From positions 1,439,061 to 1,503,060 of the forward strand of contig MU058423.1 of NCBI GenBank assembly GCA_013265495.1: 64,000 bases of DNA, read 5' to 3'. Of this stretch, positions 1 through 14,221 are shown in pieces (position 1 is the stretch's first letter; each line of letters opens with the position of its first letter). The position numbers and the translations under genes are program-made. The notes beneath the pieces are model-generated. The model worked only from the letters and a program-made list of their open reading frames with translations, made no database searches and had not been told where the DNA came from. The DNA comes from Vicugna vicugna (lineage: Eukaryota).

Positions 1-2478
1 TAACACAAACTAGTAGGAAGACTAAAAGATTAAAACAAAAACAAAAAAGTAGTATAATCATTTGTATTCACAATAAGCAGTTAAGGGATACAAATGACGA
101 TTAAATGTAAAATATAATATGAAAAAGAGTAACTGTGATGGGAGAAGGTTACAAATGCAGTGTATTTAAAATGCATTTGAAATTAAGAGATCAGCAACTT
201 GAAGTTATATATATATAACTATATATATATATAAAAAGAGAGAAATGATTATAAATCAATAAAAAATGTTAAAAAAAGAGAGAGAGAATTACTGACAACT
301 ATATGCCAACAAAAAGGATAACCTAGAAGAAATGGACAGTTTCTAAGAAATGTACAATTTGCCAAAACTGTATCAGGAAGAAATAGAAAATATCAATAGC
401 CCAATTACCAATACTGAAATTGAATCAATAATTTAGAAACTCCCAACAAACAAAGGTCCAGGACCAGATGGCTTCACAGGCAAATTCTACCAAACATTTA
501 GAGAACAGTTAACACCTATCCTTCTGAAACTATCCCAAAAATTTGCAGAGGAAGGAACACTTCTGAACTCATTCTATGAGGCCACGATTGCCCTGATACC
601 AAAACCAGACAAAGATATACAGAAAAAGAAAATTACAGGCCAATATTACTTACAAATATAGCTGCAAAAATCCTCAGTAAAATGCCAGCAAATTGACTCA
701 AAAATGCATTAAAATGATCATACACTGTGATCAAGTGGGATGTAAACCAGGGATGCAAGGATTTTTCAACATCCACAAGTCAATTAACATGATACACCAC
801 ATTAACAAATTGAAGAATAAAAACTATATGATCATCTCAACAGATGTAGAAAAGCTTTTGATAAAATTCGACATCCACTTATGATAAAAAAAAAGCTCTC
901 CAGAAAATGGGCACAGAGGGAACATATCTCAATATAATAAAGGCCATATATGACAAACTAGCATCATACTCAATGGTGAAAAGCTGAAGGCATTCCCTCT
1001 AAGGTCAGGAACAAGACAAGGATGCCCACACTCACCAATTTTATTCAACATAGTTTTGGAAGTCCTGGCCATAGCAATCAGAGAAGAAAAATAAATAAAA
1101 GGAATCCAAATTGGAAAAGATGAAGAAAACTGTCAACTGTTTGCAGATGGCATAATGCTATACATAGAAAACCCTAAAGAAGCTACTAGAAAACTATTAG
1201 AGCTCATCAATGAATTTGGTAAAGTTGCAGGATACAAAATTAATGTACAGAAATCTGTTGCATTTCTATACAATAACAATGACATATCAGAAAGAGAAAT
1301 TAAGAAAACAATCCCATTTGCATCACATCAAAAAGAATAAAATACCTAGGAATAAATCTATTTAAGGAGGCAAAGGACATGTACTCTCAAAACTGTAAGA
1401 CCTAGATTAAAAAAACTGAAAATGATATAAACAGATGGAAAGATATACTATGTTCTTGAATTAGAAGAATCAACATTTTTAAAATGGCCATACTACCCAA
1501 GGCAATATACAGATTCAATGCAATCCTTATAAAATTACCAATGACATTTTTCACAGAGCTGGAACAAAAAATGTTGAAATTTGTATGGAAACACAAAAGA
1601 CCCTAAATAGTCAAAACAATCTTGAACAAGGAGAACCGAGCTGGGAGAATCATGCTCCTTGACTTCAAACTATACTACAATGCTACATTAATCAAAACAG
1701 TATGGTACTGGCACAAAAACAGACACATAGATCATTGAAACAGGATATAGTCCAGAAATAAACCCATGCACTTATGGTCAATTCATCTATGGCAAAGGAG
1801 GCAAGACAAGAATATACAATAGAGAAAAGATTGTCTCTTCAATGAGTGGTGATGGAAAAACTGAATAGCTAGCTATAAAAGAATGAAATTGGAATATCCT
1901 CTAATGTCATATACAAAAGTAAAATCAAAATGTATTACAGACCTAAATGTAAGACCGTATACACTGAAGCTCCTGTAGGAAAACATGGGCAGAACACTCT
2001 TTGACATAAATCACAGCAATGTTTTTTGTTGAGCCAGCTCCTACAGTAATGGAAATGAAAGCAAAAATAAACAAATAGGACCTAATTAAACTTAAAAGCT
2101 TTTGCACAGCTAAGGATACCATCAACAAAACAAAAAGACAATCTACAGAATGGGAGAAAAATATTTGCAAATCATGTGCCTGACAAGGGACTAATTTCCA
2201 AAACATGCAAACAGCTTAATATAAAAAAACAAAACAAGCAACCCAATCAAAAAATTTGCAGAAGACCTAAATAGAAAGACATACAGTTGGTCAAAAGATG
2301 AAAAGATGCTCAACATTGCTAATTATTTAGAGAAATGCAAATCACAACTACAATGAGGTATCACGTCACACCAGTCAGAATGGACATCATTAAAAAATCC
2401 ACAAATGATAAATGATAGAGAGGGTGTGGAGAAAGGGGGACTCTCCTATACTGTTGGTGGGAAAGTAGTTTGATGCAG
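1..2478 (+). mobile_element. Degenerate LINE-1 fragment: inter-ORF spacer remnant (1-~230), then ORF2 from pre-RT region to the C-terminal domain; 3' end missing
   Basis: ORF2 peptides in ORF track ([22 protein letters not shown] 693-884; [29 protein letters not shown] 1155-1340); many frameshifts and stops; ends abruptly at ggtgggaaagtagtttgatgcagc. Confidence 0.93.
243..277 (+). mobile_element. ~35 bp extreme 3' stub of young camelid-type L1
   Basis: aaatgattataaatcaataaaaaatgttaaaaaaa matches the termini of the young copies ending at 14221 and 15882. Confidence 0.7.
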
Positions 2479-5400
2479 CTTTTATTTCCATTTCTCCAGG
2501 AGCTGACTCAAAAAATATATTGCTGTTAATATATGTCCGTGAGTGTTCTGCCTGTTTTCCTCTAGAAGTTTTTATAGTATCTGGTCTTACATTTAGGTCT
2601 TTAATCCATTTCGAGTTTATTTTTGTACATGGTGTTAGAGAATGTTATAATTTCATTCTTTTACATGTAGCTGTCCAGTCTTCCCAGCACCACTTATTGA
2701 AGAGACTGTCTTTTCTCTGCTGTATATTGTTGCCTCCTTTGTCATAGATGAATTGACCATATGTGCGTGGGTTTATTTCTTGATTTTCTATCCTGTTCCA
2801 TTGATCTCTGTGTCTGTTTTTGTGCCAGCACCATACATTTTGATTACTATAGCTTTGTAGTATAGTCTGAAGTCAAGACACATAATTCCCCCAGCTCCAT
2901 TTTTCTTTTTCAAGATTGTTTTAGCTATTCAGGGTCTTTTGTGTTTCCATACAAACTTCAACATTTTTTTCTTGTTGTTCCAGCTCTGTGAAGAATGTCG
3001 TTGGTAATTTGATAGGGATAGCACTGAATCTGTAAATTACCTTGGATAGTATGGCAATTTTAACAAAACTGATTCTTCCAATCCAAGAACACGGTATATC
3101 TTTCCATTTGTTTGTCATCTTCAATTTCCTTCATCAATGTCTTATAGTTTTTCAGCATAGAGGTCTTTTGCCTCCTTAGGTAGGTTTATTCCTGGGTATT
3201 TTATCCTTTTTGGTACAATGGTAAATGGTATCATTTCCATAATTCCCTTTCTGCTATTCTGTTGTTAGTGTATAGAAATGCAAGTGATTTCTGTATATTA
3301 ATTTTGTATCCTGCAACTTTACCATATTCATTGATGAATTCAAGTAGTTTTCTGGTTAATTCTTTAAGGTTTTCTATGTGTAGTATCATATCATCTGTAA
3401 ACAGTGACAGATTTACTTCTTCATTTCCAATTTGGATTCCTTTTATTTCTTTTTCTTCTCTGATTGCTATGGCTAAGACTTCCAAAACTAAGTTGAAAAA
3501 AAAATTGGTGAGTGTGGGCATCCTTGTCTTGTTCCTGATCTTAGAGGGAAATCTTTCAGTTTTTCCCCTTTAACTAAGATGTTAGCTGTGGGTTTGTCAC
3601 ATATGGCCTTTATTATATTGAGGTATGTTCCATCTATGCTCAATTTCTGGAGAGTTTTGATCATAAATGGATGCTAAATTTTATCAAAAGCTTCTTCTGT
3701 GTCTATTGAGATTATCATATGGTTTTTATTCTTCAATTTGTTTATGTGGTGTAGCATGTTGTTTGATTTACATATATTGAAAAATCCCTGCATCCCTGGG
3801 ATAAATCCCACTTGATCATGGTATATGATCCTTTTAATGCATTGTTGGAGTTGATTTGCTAGTATTTTGTTGAGGATTTTTGTATCTATATTCATAAGTG
3901 ATTTGGGCCTGTAATTTTCTTTTTTTGTATGTCTTTGTCTGGTTTTGGTATTGGGGTTATTACGGCCTCATAGAATGAGTTTGAAAGTGTTCCTTCCTCT
4001 GCAATTTTTTGGAATAGTTTCAGAAAGATAGGTGTTGACTCTTCTCTAAATGTTTGGCAGAATTCACCTGTGAAGCCATCTGTTCCTGGAATTTTGTTTG
4101 TTGGGTGGTTTTTAATTACTGATTCAATTTCTGTACTGGTAATTGGTCTGTTCATATTGTCTTTTTTTTCTGGTTTAGTCTTGGCTAATTGTACCTTTCT
4201 AAGAAATTGTCCATTTCTTCTGCATTGTCATTTTTGTTGGTGTATAGTTGCTCTTAGTATCCTCTTATGATCCCTGTATTTCTGTGATATGAGTTGTAAC
4301 TTCTCCTTTTTCACTTCTGATTTTACTAATTTGAGCCCTCTCCCTTTTTTTCTTGATGAATCTAACTAGAGGCTTATCAATTTTGTTTATCTTTAGAAAT
4401 AACCAACTTTTAGTTTCATTGATATTTTCTATTGTTTTCTCAGTCTCAATTTCACTTATTTCTACTCTAATCTTTATGATTTATTTTCTTCTACTAACTT
4501 TGGGATTTGTTTTTTCCTCTTTCTCCAGCTGCTTTAGGTGTAAGTTTAGGTTGTTTACTCGAAATTTTTCTTGTTTCCTGAGATAGGTTTGTATCGCTAA
4601 AAAATTCTCTCAGAACTGCTTTTGCCAAGTCCCAGAGATTTTGGATACTTGTGTTTTCATTTTCATTTGTCTCAAAGTAGTTTTTGATTTACTCTTTGAT
4701 TTCTTCCATGATCCACTGTTTAGTAGCATATTGTTTAGCCTCCACATGTTTGCAGTTCTTGCAGTTTTTTTCTTGTAGTTGATTTCTAAACTTATAGCAT
4801 TGTAGTCTGAAAAGCTGCTTAGTACAATTTCAATTTTCTTAAATTTTCTGAGGCTAGTTTTGTGAGCCAGCATGTGGTCGATTCTGGAGCCTGTTCTATA
4901 TGCACCTGAGAAGAATGTGTATTCTGTTGTTTTTGGATGGGATGTTCTATAGATATCAATTAGGTCCATCTGGTCTCATGTGTTATTTAGGGCCTATATT
5001 TCCTTATTGATTTTCTATCTGGATGATCTGTCCATTGGTGTAAGTGTGGTGTTAAGGTCTCCCACTTTTATTGTATTACTGTCAATTTCTCCTTTTATGT
5101 CTGTTAAAAATTGCCTTATATACTGAGGTGCTCCTATGTTGGGTGCGTATATATTACAATTGTTATATCCTCTTCTTCAATTGATCCCTTAATCATTATG
5201 TAGTGCCCTTCTTTTTCTCTTATAACAGCCTTTCCTTTAAAATCTTTTTTGTCTGATAGAAATATTGCTACTTCAGCTTTATTCTGGTTTCCATTTGCAT
5301 GGAATATCTTTTTCCAACCCCTTACTTTCAACCTGCATGTGTCTCTAGCTCTGAAGTGGGTCTCTTGTAGACAGCATATATATGGGTCTTATTTTTGTAT

Positions 5401-6085
5401 CCATTCATCCAGTCTATGTCTTTGGGTTGGAGCATTTAATCGATTTACATTTAAGGTAATTATTGATAGGTGTATTCTTACGGCCATTTTGTTAACTGTT
5501 TTGAGTTTGTTTTTGTAGGTCTTTTTTTTTTTTCTTTCTTCTTTTTGTTCTCTTGTGCTTTGATGACTAGGGAAGTTCCTTTAACATTTCTTGTAAAGTT
5601 GGTTTGGAGGTGCTGAATTCTTTTAGCTTTTATTAATCTGTGAAGCTTTTGATTTCTCCATCAAGTTTAAATGACAGCATTGCTGGATAGAGTATTCCTG
5701 GCTGTAAGTTTTTCCCTTTCAGCACTTTAAATATATCATGCCACTCCCTTCTGGCCTTACAGGTTTCTGCTGAAAAATCAGCTGATAACCTTATGGAAGT
5801 TCCCTTGTATGCTATTTGTTGCTTTTGTCTTGCTATGTTTAATAGTCTCTCCTTATCCTTAATTTTTGTGAATTTGATGACTGTGTGTCCAACTATATCA
5901 TGAGCATGCCCCTCCTACCTTCCTGCTGTGGTTCTCTCTCTATGTTTCCAGTTGAAGCAGATCTTTTTTGCTAAGCTCCAGTCTTTTTTCTTGATGCTGT
6001 TCAGCAGTCGGTTGTAGTTTTGTTGTAGTTGCGAGGAGAGGCAAGTTCGTGGTCCTACTACTCCGTCATCTTCACTGGAAATCCC
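2479..6085 (-). mobile_element. LINE-1 with intact 5' terminus, two internal deletions, ORF1 C-half and ORF2 (ATG 5487); 3' end missing
   Basis: Minus strand begins gggatttccagtgaagatgacggagtagtagg (L1 5' aagatggcg-type motif); ORF2 EN/RT peptides ([29 protein letters not shown], [20 protein letters not shown]). Confidence 0.93.
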
Positions 6086-6690
6086 AGAATATACATTCTT
6101 ATCAAGTGTACAAGGGACCTGGCCACATATTAGGCCTTTAAGCATGTCTGAATACATTTCAAAGGGTTGAAATCATACAGAGTGCTCACTTTGACAAAAG
6201 TGAAATTGGTCTAGAAGTCAGTGACAAAAAGACTACTTTTTTACAAAGTCTAAATATTTAGCAACACATTTTGAATAACCAGTAGTTCTAAGAAGAACAC
6301 AGTGGAAAATAGAAAATATTTTATGTTGAATAATAATTTAAAAACTACTTCAAAATTTATGGGACACATCTAAAGCAGGGTTTAGAAGGAAATATAAAGC
6401 TTTAAACACATCAGTTATACGAGAAAAAGTTTAAAAATTTATGTTTCCACCTTAAAAAAGGTAGAAAGAAAGCAAATTAATCCTAAGGGAAAATAGAAGA
6501 AAGGAAGTAACAAACACAGGAGCAGAAATCAGTGAAGAGAAAACAGATGCACAATAGGGAAAGTAAGCAAAATTAAAAGCTTGTTTTATGAAAAGTTTAA
6601 GAAAACTATTAACTGGATAACAAGACATTAAGGAAAAAGAGAGAAAAATATAATATTTCAATATCTGAGATTTTAAAAGTTGACATCTCT
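6086..6690 (+). mobile_element. Old LINE-1 ORF2 (endonuclease-region) fragment
   Basis: agaatatacattcttatcaagtgtacaagggac (EYTFFSS..GT-like); later KSxFxEK motif; heavily decayed. Confidence 0.75.
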
Positions 6691-8179
6691 AATAGGAAAT
6701 ATTTGCTGTTGAGAAACATGAATTTTTAAAACCAGAATGACTCTCAGACTCACCTTATGTGAGTCTTATTTCTTCACAAATGATTTGATACTTAGGGAGC
6801 CAGAGATACTAGTTTGTACCTGGCTGTGTGGACTACTGAAAGACTACTGCAAGCTTTACTTTAACAACAACAAAAAAAAGGTGTCCTTACAGTTGTCCCA
6901 CTAGTAGGTGTGGTTCCTATCCTATATAATTTTGAATAGACCCCTGGCAAGGAAGGGTAACATCTGCTGTGTTTGGAAAGACACAATGATAACAATTTAA
7001 TAAGGCTGAATGATATAGGAAAAAAAGATCTACCAAAATTTACAATATGTGTGGGAGTGGGTAAACCATAGCCAGGCTGAAAAAATCATTACAAGAAAGT
7101 CAGCTAGTGCATATTTATATATTTATAACTTCAATTGGAATCTAAATAATATCCTTTGCTGTCACATAATGAAAACTGATGGGAATGCAAACATTTCTTA
7201 AGTGATTTCAAGTGACCAACTTAAAAAAAATTAAAGCCAAGAGTCTATGTTCAAAACCTTATTTTTGAGTGAATGAGATAAGACTGCTTTCAGACTAAAT
7301 AAAACCCCTAATTTACTGATGGTATATGAAAGAAATACTTTTATTGAAAAGAGTGAAAAATTATACTGTACTATGTTTGGTTTAACTGTTCTGATGTGTT
7401 GTTATTTGGTGTAAACTTACAATTGATCCCTAGGATACAAAGGTCTGTGGCACTCCAAAAACTAATTGGCTGAAAAAAAAGTCCAATTTGCCAAGGGACA
7501 GAAGGAACATTGAATAAGAAATTCCACTGAATAATAAAAATATTGGTAATCATAAAATGTATTAATTTGTCTTTTCCTATGTTAAAGATGTTAATGGAAA
7601 GTCATAGGAAATAGAGTGTGGATAAAAGGTTAAATTATTTCCCTTTCTGCATGAAAATTCTTTCAGTTTGTTTCCTAGCTCTGGAAATAAATATAGATGT
7701 ATGTAACAACTATGTTATTAAGCAATATTTGCTACAGTTAAAATGAATCCTGACTGGTAAATTGAATCTGGACTAGGAGAACTATAAACACATCATGAGA
7801 AGCCATATTTGGGGGATTTCCTCAGTGTGAGACTCATACTGGGCAATATCCTTGAGGGAGCCCTGAAAGTTATGCCTATAGAGTTGTGGTAAGCTTCTGA
7901 GTAGCATGAGGCTTTTAAGCCAGAGAACCTGCCACATTTCACTCAATGTTAATCTCATTTCTTTGAAGCTGAACTCTTATTTGAGGAGTCAGGAAAAATA
8001 GATCCTTTATGGCTGTGTGAACTGTTGCTCAGACTGCTATAATGTTACTTCCACAGAAGAGAAACATATAGCATGCTGTGATCCCTGTCTTATGGCCTCT
8101 TAGTAGACCTAAGGGTGGCCTATGATAGTTTCATAAGGCTGAATGCTTAGTTAAACCTAAAAAAAAAAAAAAAAACTCA

Positions 8180-11100
8180 AGTTGGAAGATGACATCAGCA
8201 TGATAATGGATTTGGAGATTTCAATGCTTGTCTCCCTGACAAAAACAACAAATAAACAACTACAAACCAACAAAAACATCTCTGTGAAAGTTCTGGACTA
8301 TAATGAAGAGTCAACAGAAATCCACAGAGCACAAAAACTTAGGATGGCTGCATAGAAAAGCATAGGTAGCATGTTACCTGCATAAACCCATTCACCAATC
8401 CAAAGCAGCTCAGCACCAAGAGGAATTCCATGGAGAGATTTTTAGCCCATGCTGGAAAAGAGGGACAGGAAGAGTCCAGCAATCTTTGTCACCGCTGGAA
8501 CATCTGTAACCTTTGCTACCAAGAACCCTCACAGTCTTTACCGACACTGAACACTGTTGATGTAGCTACCCAGAGCGCTTGTCACTACATGTCCTCCCCA
8601 GGGTTGTTGCTCTTGCTGAGACCTTCTCCCTAAGGCCTGAGCCACTGCTTCACCCCAATTTCTGAGATTTTGATGCTATAGTCCCATACCACATATGGGA
8701 GCAGAGCTGCTGATGTACTGTGCTCCATCCCCTGGGTCCTGAGTCAGGGCTTTGACCCACCGTCACCAGTGCTGCACTGCCACTGCTCTGGGCTCCACCA
8801 CTTGGGCCCAAGTTGTAGCTCTGACTACATTTTTGCTACTCCCCAAAGCCTGAGTTGTATTTGTGACCTGACATCACTGGGGCTGCACAGCAGCTGCACT
8901 TTGGCCCTTAGGTCCACATTCCCATTACACTCTATTATCCCAGGGCCCATACCACTGCTGTTTCCCCCAACTCCACTCCCTTGGGGCCCAAGTCACCATA
9001 CCAAATCCCAGATACTCTGACCTCAGTTCTGTGGATGATCTGCACATGATTGTACCCCAGATAATTATGTCACCACAAAAGCAAGTGTGTCTGTGCCCCA
9101 GCCCCATGCACTATGGTAGTTCTGCATTCTCTTGAGAACAGGATGTCAACTTGGTTGCTAATCTGAGTACCATTGCTCCAGATATGTTGCCAGGAAAAAA
9201 AAATGTTCTTGGCTAAGTTTCCTCCCACAGACAAAAATAACAAAAGGATCCCAGAAACTTCTGTCACCAAGGACCCCAAGATCCCTAGTTGCCATTATCA
9301 CTGAAGGCACTTACAGCCTTGATTAATAAAGACCCTCACCATCTTTGCTGATTTTCACTACAGGTGATGGAAGTGCATGGAGACCATACAACTGTGCCCT
9401 CCCCAGAATTGGAGACTGCAACCCTATTAACATTGCCCTTGCAATCACCAGCAGGTGAAAATAATTCCCCACTGAAGCCAATCCAAAAGGGCTGGAAGAG
9501 GTGATTGTACCCTTAAGTGTACAGACATCAGCACAAAGCCAGTAGAAACACAAAAAGTAAGGAAACATTACACCACCAAAGTAACAAAATGATTATCCAG
9601 TAACTCCCAAAGAAATGGAGATTTACCAGTTACCTGAAAAAACCTCAAAATAAGTATTTTGAAGCTCAGGGATCTTCAATTGAACACAAATAAATAGCTA
9701 AATGAACTCAGGGAAACAATACATGAACAAAATTACAACTTCAACAAAGAGATAGATATCATAAATAAGAATCCATCAAAACTGAAGAATACAATGAATG
9801 CAATGATGCAATGAAAATGCAATAAAGAGCTTCAACAGAAGACTTGGTAAAGCAGAAGAAAGAATATGTGAACTTGAAGACACATCTCTTCAAATGATCC
9901 AGTAGAAAAGAAAAAAGAAATAGAAATGAAAAAGAATGAAAAAAGCCTATAGGGTTATGAAAACTATCATGAGAGCACATATACTCATTACAAGAGTCCC
10001 AGGAAAAGAAGAAAGGGAGAAAGAAATAGAAAGCTTATTTAAAGGAATAATGACCCAAAACTTCCCAAATCTAGGGGAAAATATGGACATCCAGGTACAT
10101 GAATCTCAGAAGTCCCCATACAGACTCAACTCAAAGAGATCTTCACCAAGAACAATATAATTAACTTTCAAAAATCAAGTGAGAATCTTGAAAGCAGTGA
10201 GACGAAAAAAAAAAAGAATCATCATTTACAAGAGATCCTCAATAAAGCTATCAGCAGAAACCTTGCAGGGCAGGAGACAGTAGGATGATTTATTCAAAAT
10301 GTTGAAAGTTAAAAATGCCAACTAAGAATATTTTACATGTCCAAGTTGTTCTTCTGAAAAACAGAAAGATAAGGCCTTTCTTAAACAAACAAATTCTGAG
10401 GAAGTTCATCACCACTAGAAAAACTAAGCCCAAAAATAGCAGAAGGGAGGAGATAATAAAGATTAGAGCAGAAATAAATAAAATAGAATACAAAGAAAAT
10501 AGAAAAGATTAATAAAACAAAGAGTTGGTTTAAGAAGTACAAACTTACTATGTATAAAATAAGTACTGAATCACTGTGTTGTACACCTGAAACTAATATA
10601 ATACTATAAATCAACTATGCTTTAAGAAAAAAAAGGTTTGGCTTTTATAAACAATAAAATTGGCAAGGCTTTAGCTAGTCTAAGTAAAAAAAGAGAGAGA
10701 TGATTCAAATATATAAAATACATAAAATTATGAATGAAAGAGGAGACATTACAACTGATACCATAGAAATACAAAAGATCATGAGAGATTAATATGAACA
10801 ACTACATGTTAGCAAATTAGATAACCTAGAAGAATTGAATAAAATTCCTGGAAACATACAACTTACCAAGACTGAATCATGAAAAAATAAAAAAGTTAAC
10901 ATACCAATAATGAGTAAGGAGATCAAATCAGTGATCAAAAACCTCCCAATAAGGAAAAGTCCAGGAAGAGATGGCTTCACTGATGAATTTTACCAAACAT
11001 TTAAAGAAGAATTAATACCAGTACTTCTCAAACTCTTTCAAAAGGTTGAAGAGGAAGAAACAATCCCAAACTCATTTTATAAAGTCAGCATTACCCTGAT

Positions 11101-12030
11101 ACCAAAGCCAGACAAGGACACAACAATAAAAGATGCAACAATGATATGATATATGCAAAACAATGTGATATACCACATTGAAAGAACAAAGGATACAAAT
11201 ATATGATCATTTCAGCTGATACAGAAAAAGCATTTGACAAAATTTAACATCATTTCAGGATGAAAGCTCTCAACAAATAAGAGATAGAGGAATCATACCT
11301 CAACATAATAAAGCCCACAGCTAACTGAAAAGCTAAAAACTTTTCCTCTAAGATCAGAAACACAACAAATATGCCTGCTCTTACTATTATCCACAATAAT
11401 TTTGGAGTCCTAGCCATAACAATTAAGCAAGAAAAAGAAATAAAATGACATCCAGAAAAAAAAAAGAAAAAGAAAAAGAAAGAAAATAAAGGAAAAGAGT
11501 AAAACTATCTCTATTTTCAAATGATATAATCTTATATATGGAAAACCCTAAAAATTCCACAAAAAATAGAACTAATCAAATAATCAAATTTCAGTAAAGT
11601 TACAGGGTACAAAATCAACATATAAAAATCAGTTGCATTCCTATACACTAACAAGGAAATACCTCAAAGAGAAATTAAGAAAGCAATACCATTTACAGTA
11701 GCATCAAAAATAACAAAATACTTAGGAATTAATTCAAGCAAGGAAGGGGAAGAGCTATACACTATAGCACTAGATAAGACTTTGATGAAAAAAACTATAA
11801 GTCATTGATGAAAAAAAGTTGAAGAAGACATAAATAAATGGAATGATATCCTGTGTTCTTGGGTTGGAAATATTTATATTTTTAAAATATCCATACTGCC
11901 CAAAGCAATATACAGAGTCAATGGGATCCTTATCAAAATTCCAATGGCCTTTTTCACAGAAATAGAAAATTCAATTATAAAATTTGTATGGAACCACTCA
12001 AGACCCTAAACAGCCAAAACATCTTAAGCA
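8180..12030 (+). mobile_element. Older LINE-1: 5'UTR, ORF1 (~9550-10415), microhomology (actaga) deletion into ORF2, ORF2 to ~12030
   Basis: ORF1 peptide (ESLFKGIMTQNFPNLGENMDIQVHE 9936-10160); ORF2 peptide ([20 protein letters not shown] 10910-11149). Confidence 0.85.
10533..10633 (+). mobile_element. Short L1 3'-end insertion inside the older L1
   Basis: tgtacacctgaaactaatataatactataaatcaactat plus A-tail interrupts ORF2. Confidence 0.65.
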
Positions 12031-13889
12031 ATGAACTCATAGAAACCCACTGAGACACATTATAATCAAAATGTTCCAAGGCAAAGGCAAAGAGAGATTA
12101 TTGAAAACAGCAAGAGAGAAAAAACTCATTATATACAAGGGACTCTCAATAAGACTATCAGCCTATTTCCCAGTAGAACCCTTGGAGATCAGAAGGCAAT
12201 GGGATAACATATTCAAAGTGCTGAAAGAAAAAATACTGTCAACTGAGAATTATATATCTGGCAAAACTGTCCTTCAAAAATGAGAGAGAAATTAAGGCAT
12301 TCCCAGATATACTAAAGCTGAGTGAGTTTGTTACCACTATACCTACTCTTCAAGAAAAGCTAACAGTAAGCATTCAGGTTGAAATGAAAGGAAACTAGAC
12401 AGTAACTCAAAGCTGTAAGAAAAAAAATAGTAAAGATGAATATGCAGGAAATTATAAAATCTAGTATTACTGTAATTTTGGTTTATTACTCCAATTTTTA
12501 TTTTCTATGAGATTTAAAAGATGTATGTGTAAAAAGTAATTATTAATCTATTCTATTTGGCACTTAATGTTTTGAGATGTAATTTGTGACATTAATAACA
12601 AAGTAGTGGACAGAAGTTTATATGAGTAGAGGTTTCGTATGCTTTTGAAGTTAAGTTGGCATAATTTCAAAATGGATTATTTTAAGTGTAGGTTGTTAAA
12701 ACCATCCTTATGGTAGCAAGAAAGAAGATATCTATAGAAAATACACAAAAGATTGAGAAGGAATCAAAATGTTTCACTACAAAAAATCAACTAAACACAA
12801 AATGTAGTGATAGAGAAAATAGGAGATTAAAAATCTGTCTTATGTAGAAAATAAATAGCAAACTGGCAGAAGTTAAGTCCCTCCTTATAAGTATTACTTT
12901 TAAATGTAAATGAATTAAACTCTATAAACAAAAGATAGATGTTGGCAGAATGGGTTTATTTTTAAATGATGTAACTGCTGCTTATAAGAGACTCAGTTTA
13001 GATCCAATGACAAAAATAGGTTGAAAGTGAAAGTATAGAAAAATGTATTCTATGCAAATAGTAACCAAAAGTGTATTGGGTGGCTATAGTATCAGACAAA
13101 ATAGATTTTAAACTCTAAAAGGTTACAAAAGATAAAGAAAGACACTATATATAGCAATAAAAGGTTCAGTACAGCAAGAATATACAGCAGTTATAAACTT
13201 TTATGCACCTAATGAAAGACCTCCAAAACACTTGAAACAAAAATTGACAGAATTGAAGGGGAAACTGGACAGTTCTACAATAGTTGAAAACTTCAATACC
13301 CTACTTTCAATAATGAATAAATCAACCATATAGAAAAAAATTGGAAAAAAACAGATTTGAAAAACATCATAAGTGGGCTAAACATAACATATGTATGAAC
13401 ACTGTACCTAGTAACAGCAGAATACATATCCTTCTCAAGTGCACATAAGACATTCTCCAAAACGTACTATATACCAGGCCAAGAAAAAATTCTCAATAGA
13501 TTAAAAAAAAAGATGTCATACAAATTATTTTCTCCAACCAAAATAAAACAAAGTTAGAAATTAGTAGTGGAAGGAATACTGGAAAACCTACAAATGCGTA
13601 GAAGTTAAACAACACGATCTTAATCAAGTTGGTCAAAGAAATCATGAAGGAAGTTAGAAAATACTTAACAGAGGATAAAAATGGAAACACAATGTACAAA
13701 AACTTATAGGATGCAGTGAAAGCAGTGCTCAGAGGGAAATTTATAGTGATAAATGCATATAATTACTAGGAAGAAAGATCTCAAATCAATAATCTAACTT
13801 TACACCATAAGAAACGAGAAGATTTGACTAAACCCAAACCTAGCTGAAGGAAATAATAAACATCAGAGTGTAAATAAACAGAGACTAGA

Positions 13890-14221
13890 TGAGATTGCTC
13901 ATATGTGGAATCTAAAACAAACAAACAAACAAAGCATAAATACAAAACAGAAACAGACTCATAGACATAGAATACAAACTTGTGGTTGCCAAGGGGGTGG
14001 AGGGTGGGAAGGGATAGACAGGACTTCAAAATTGTAGAACAGATAGACAAGATTATACTGTATAGCACAGGGAAATATACACAAGATCTTATGGTAGCTC
14101 ACAGAGAAAAAAACGTGACAATGAATATATATATGGTCATGTATAACTGAAAAATTGTGCTTTACACGGGAATTTGACACAACATTGTAAAATGATTATA
14201 AATCAATAAAAAAATGTTGAA
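13890..14221 (+). mobile_element. Young L1 3'UTR insertion (L1-1_Vpa-like), 5'-truncated
   Basis: Perfect 18-bp TSD aaataaacagagactaga at 13872-13889 and 14222-14239; terminus aatcaataaaaaaatgtt. Confidence 0.92.
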
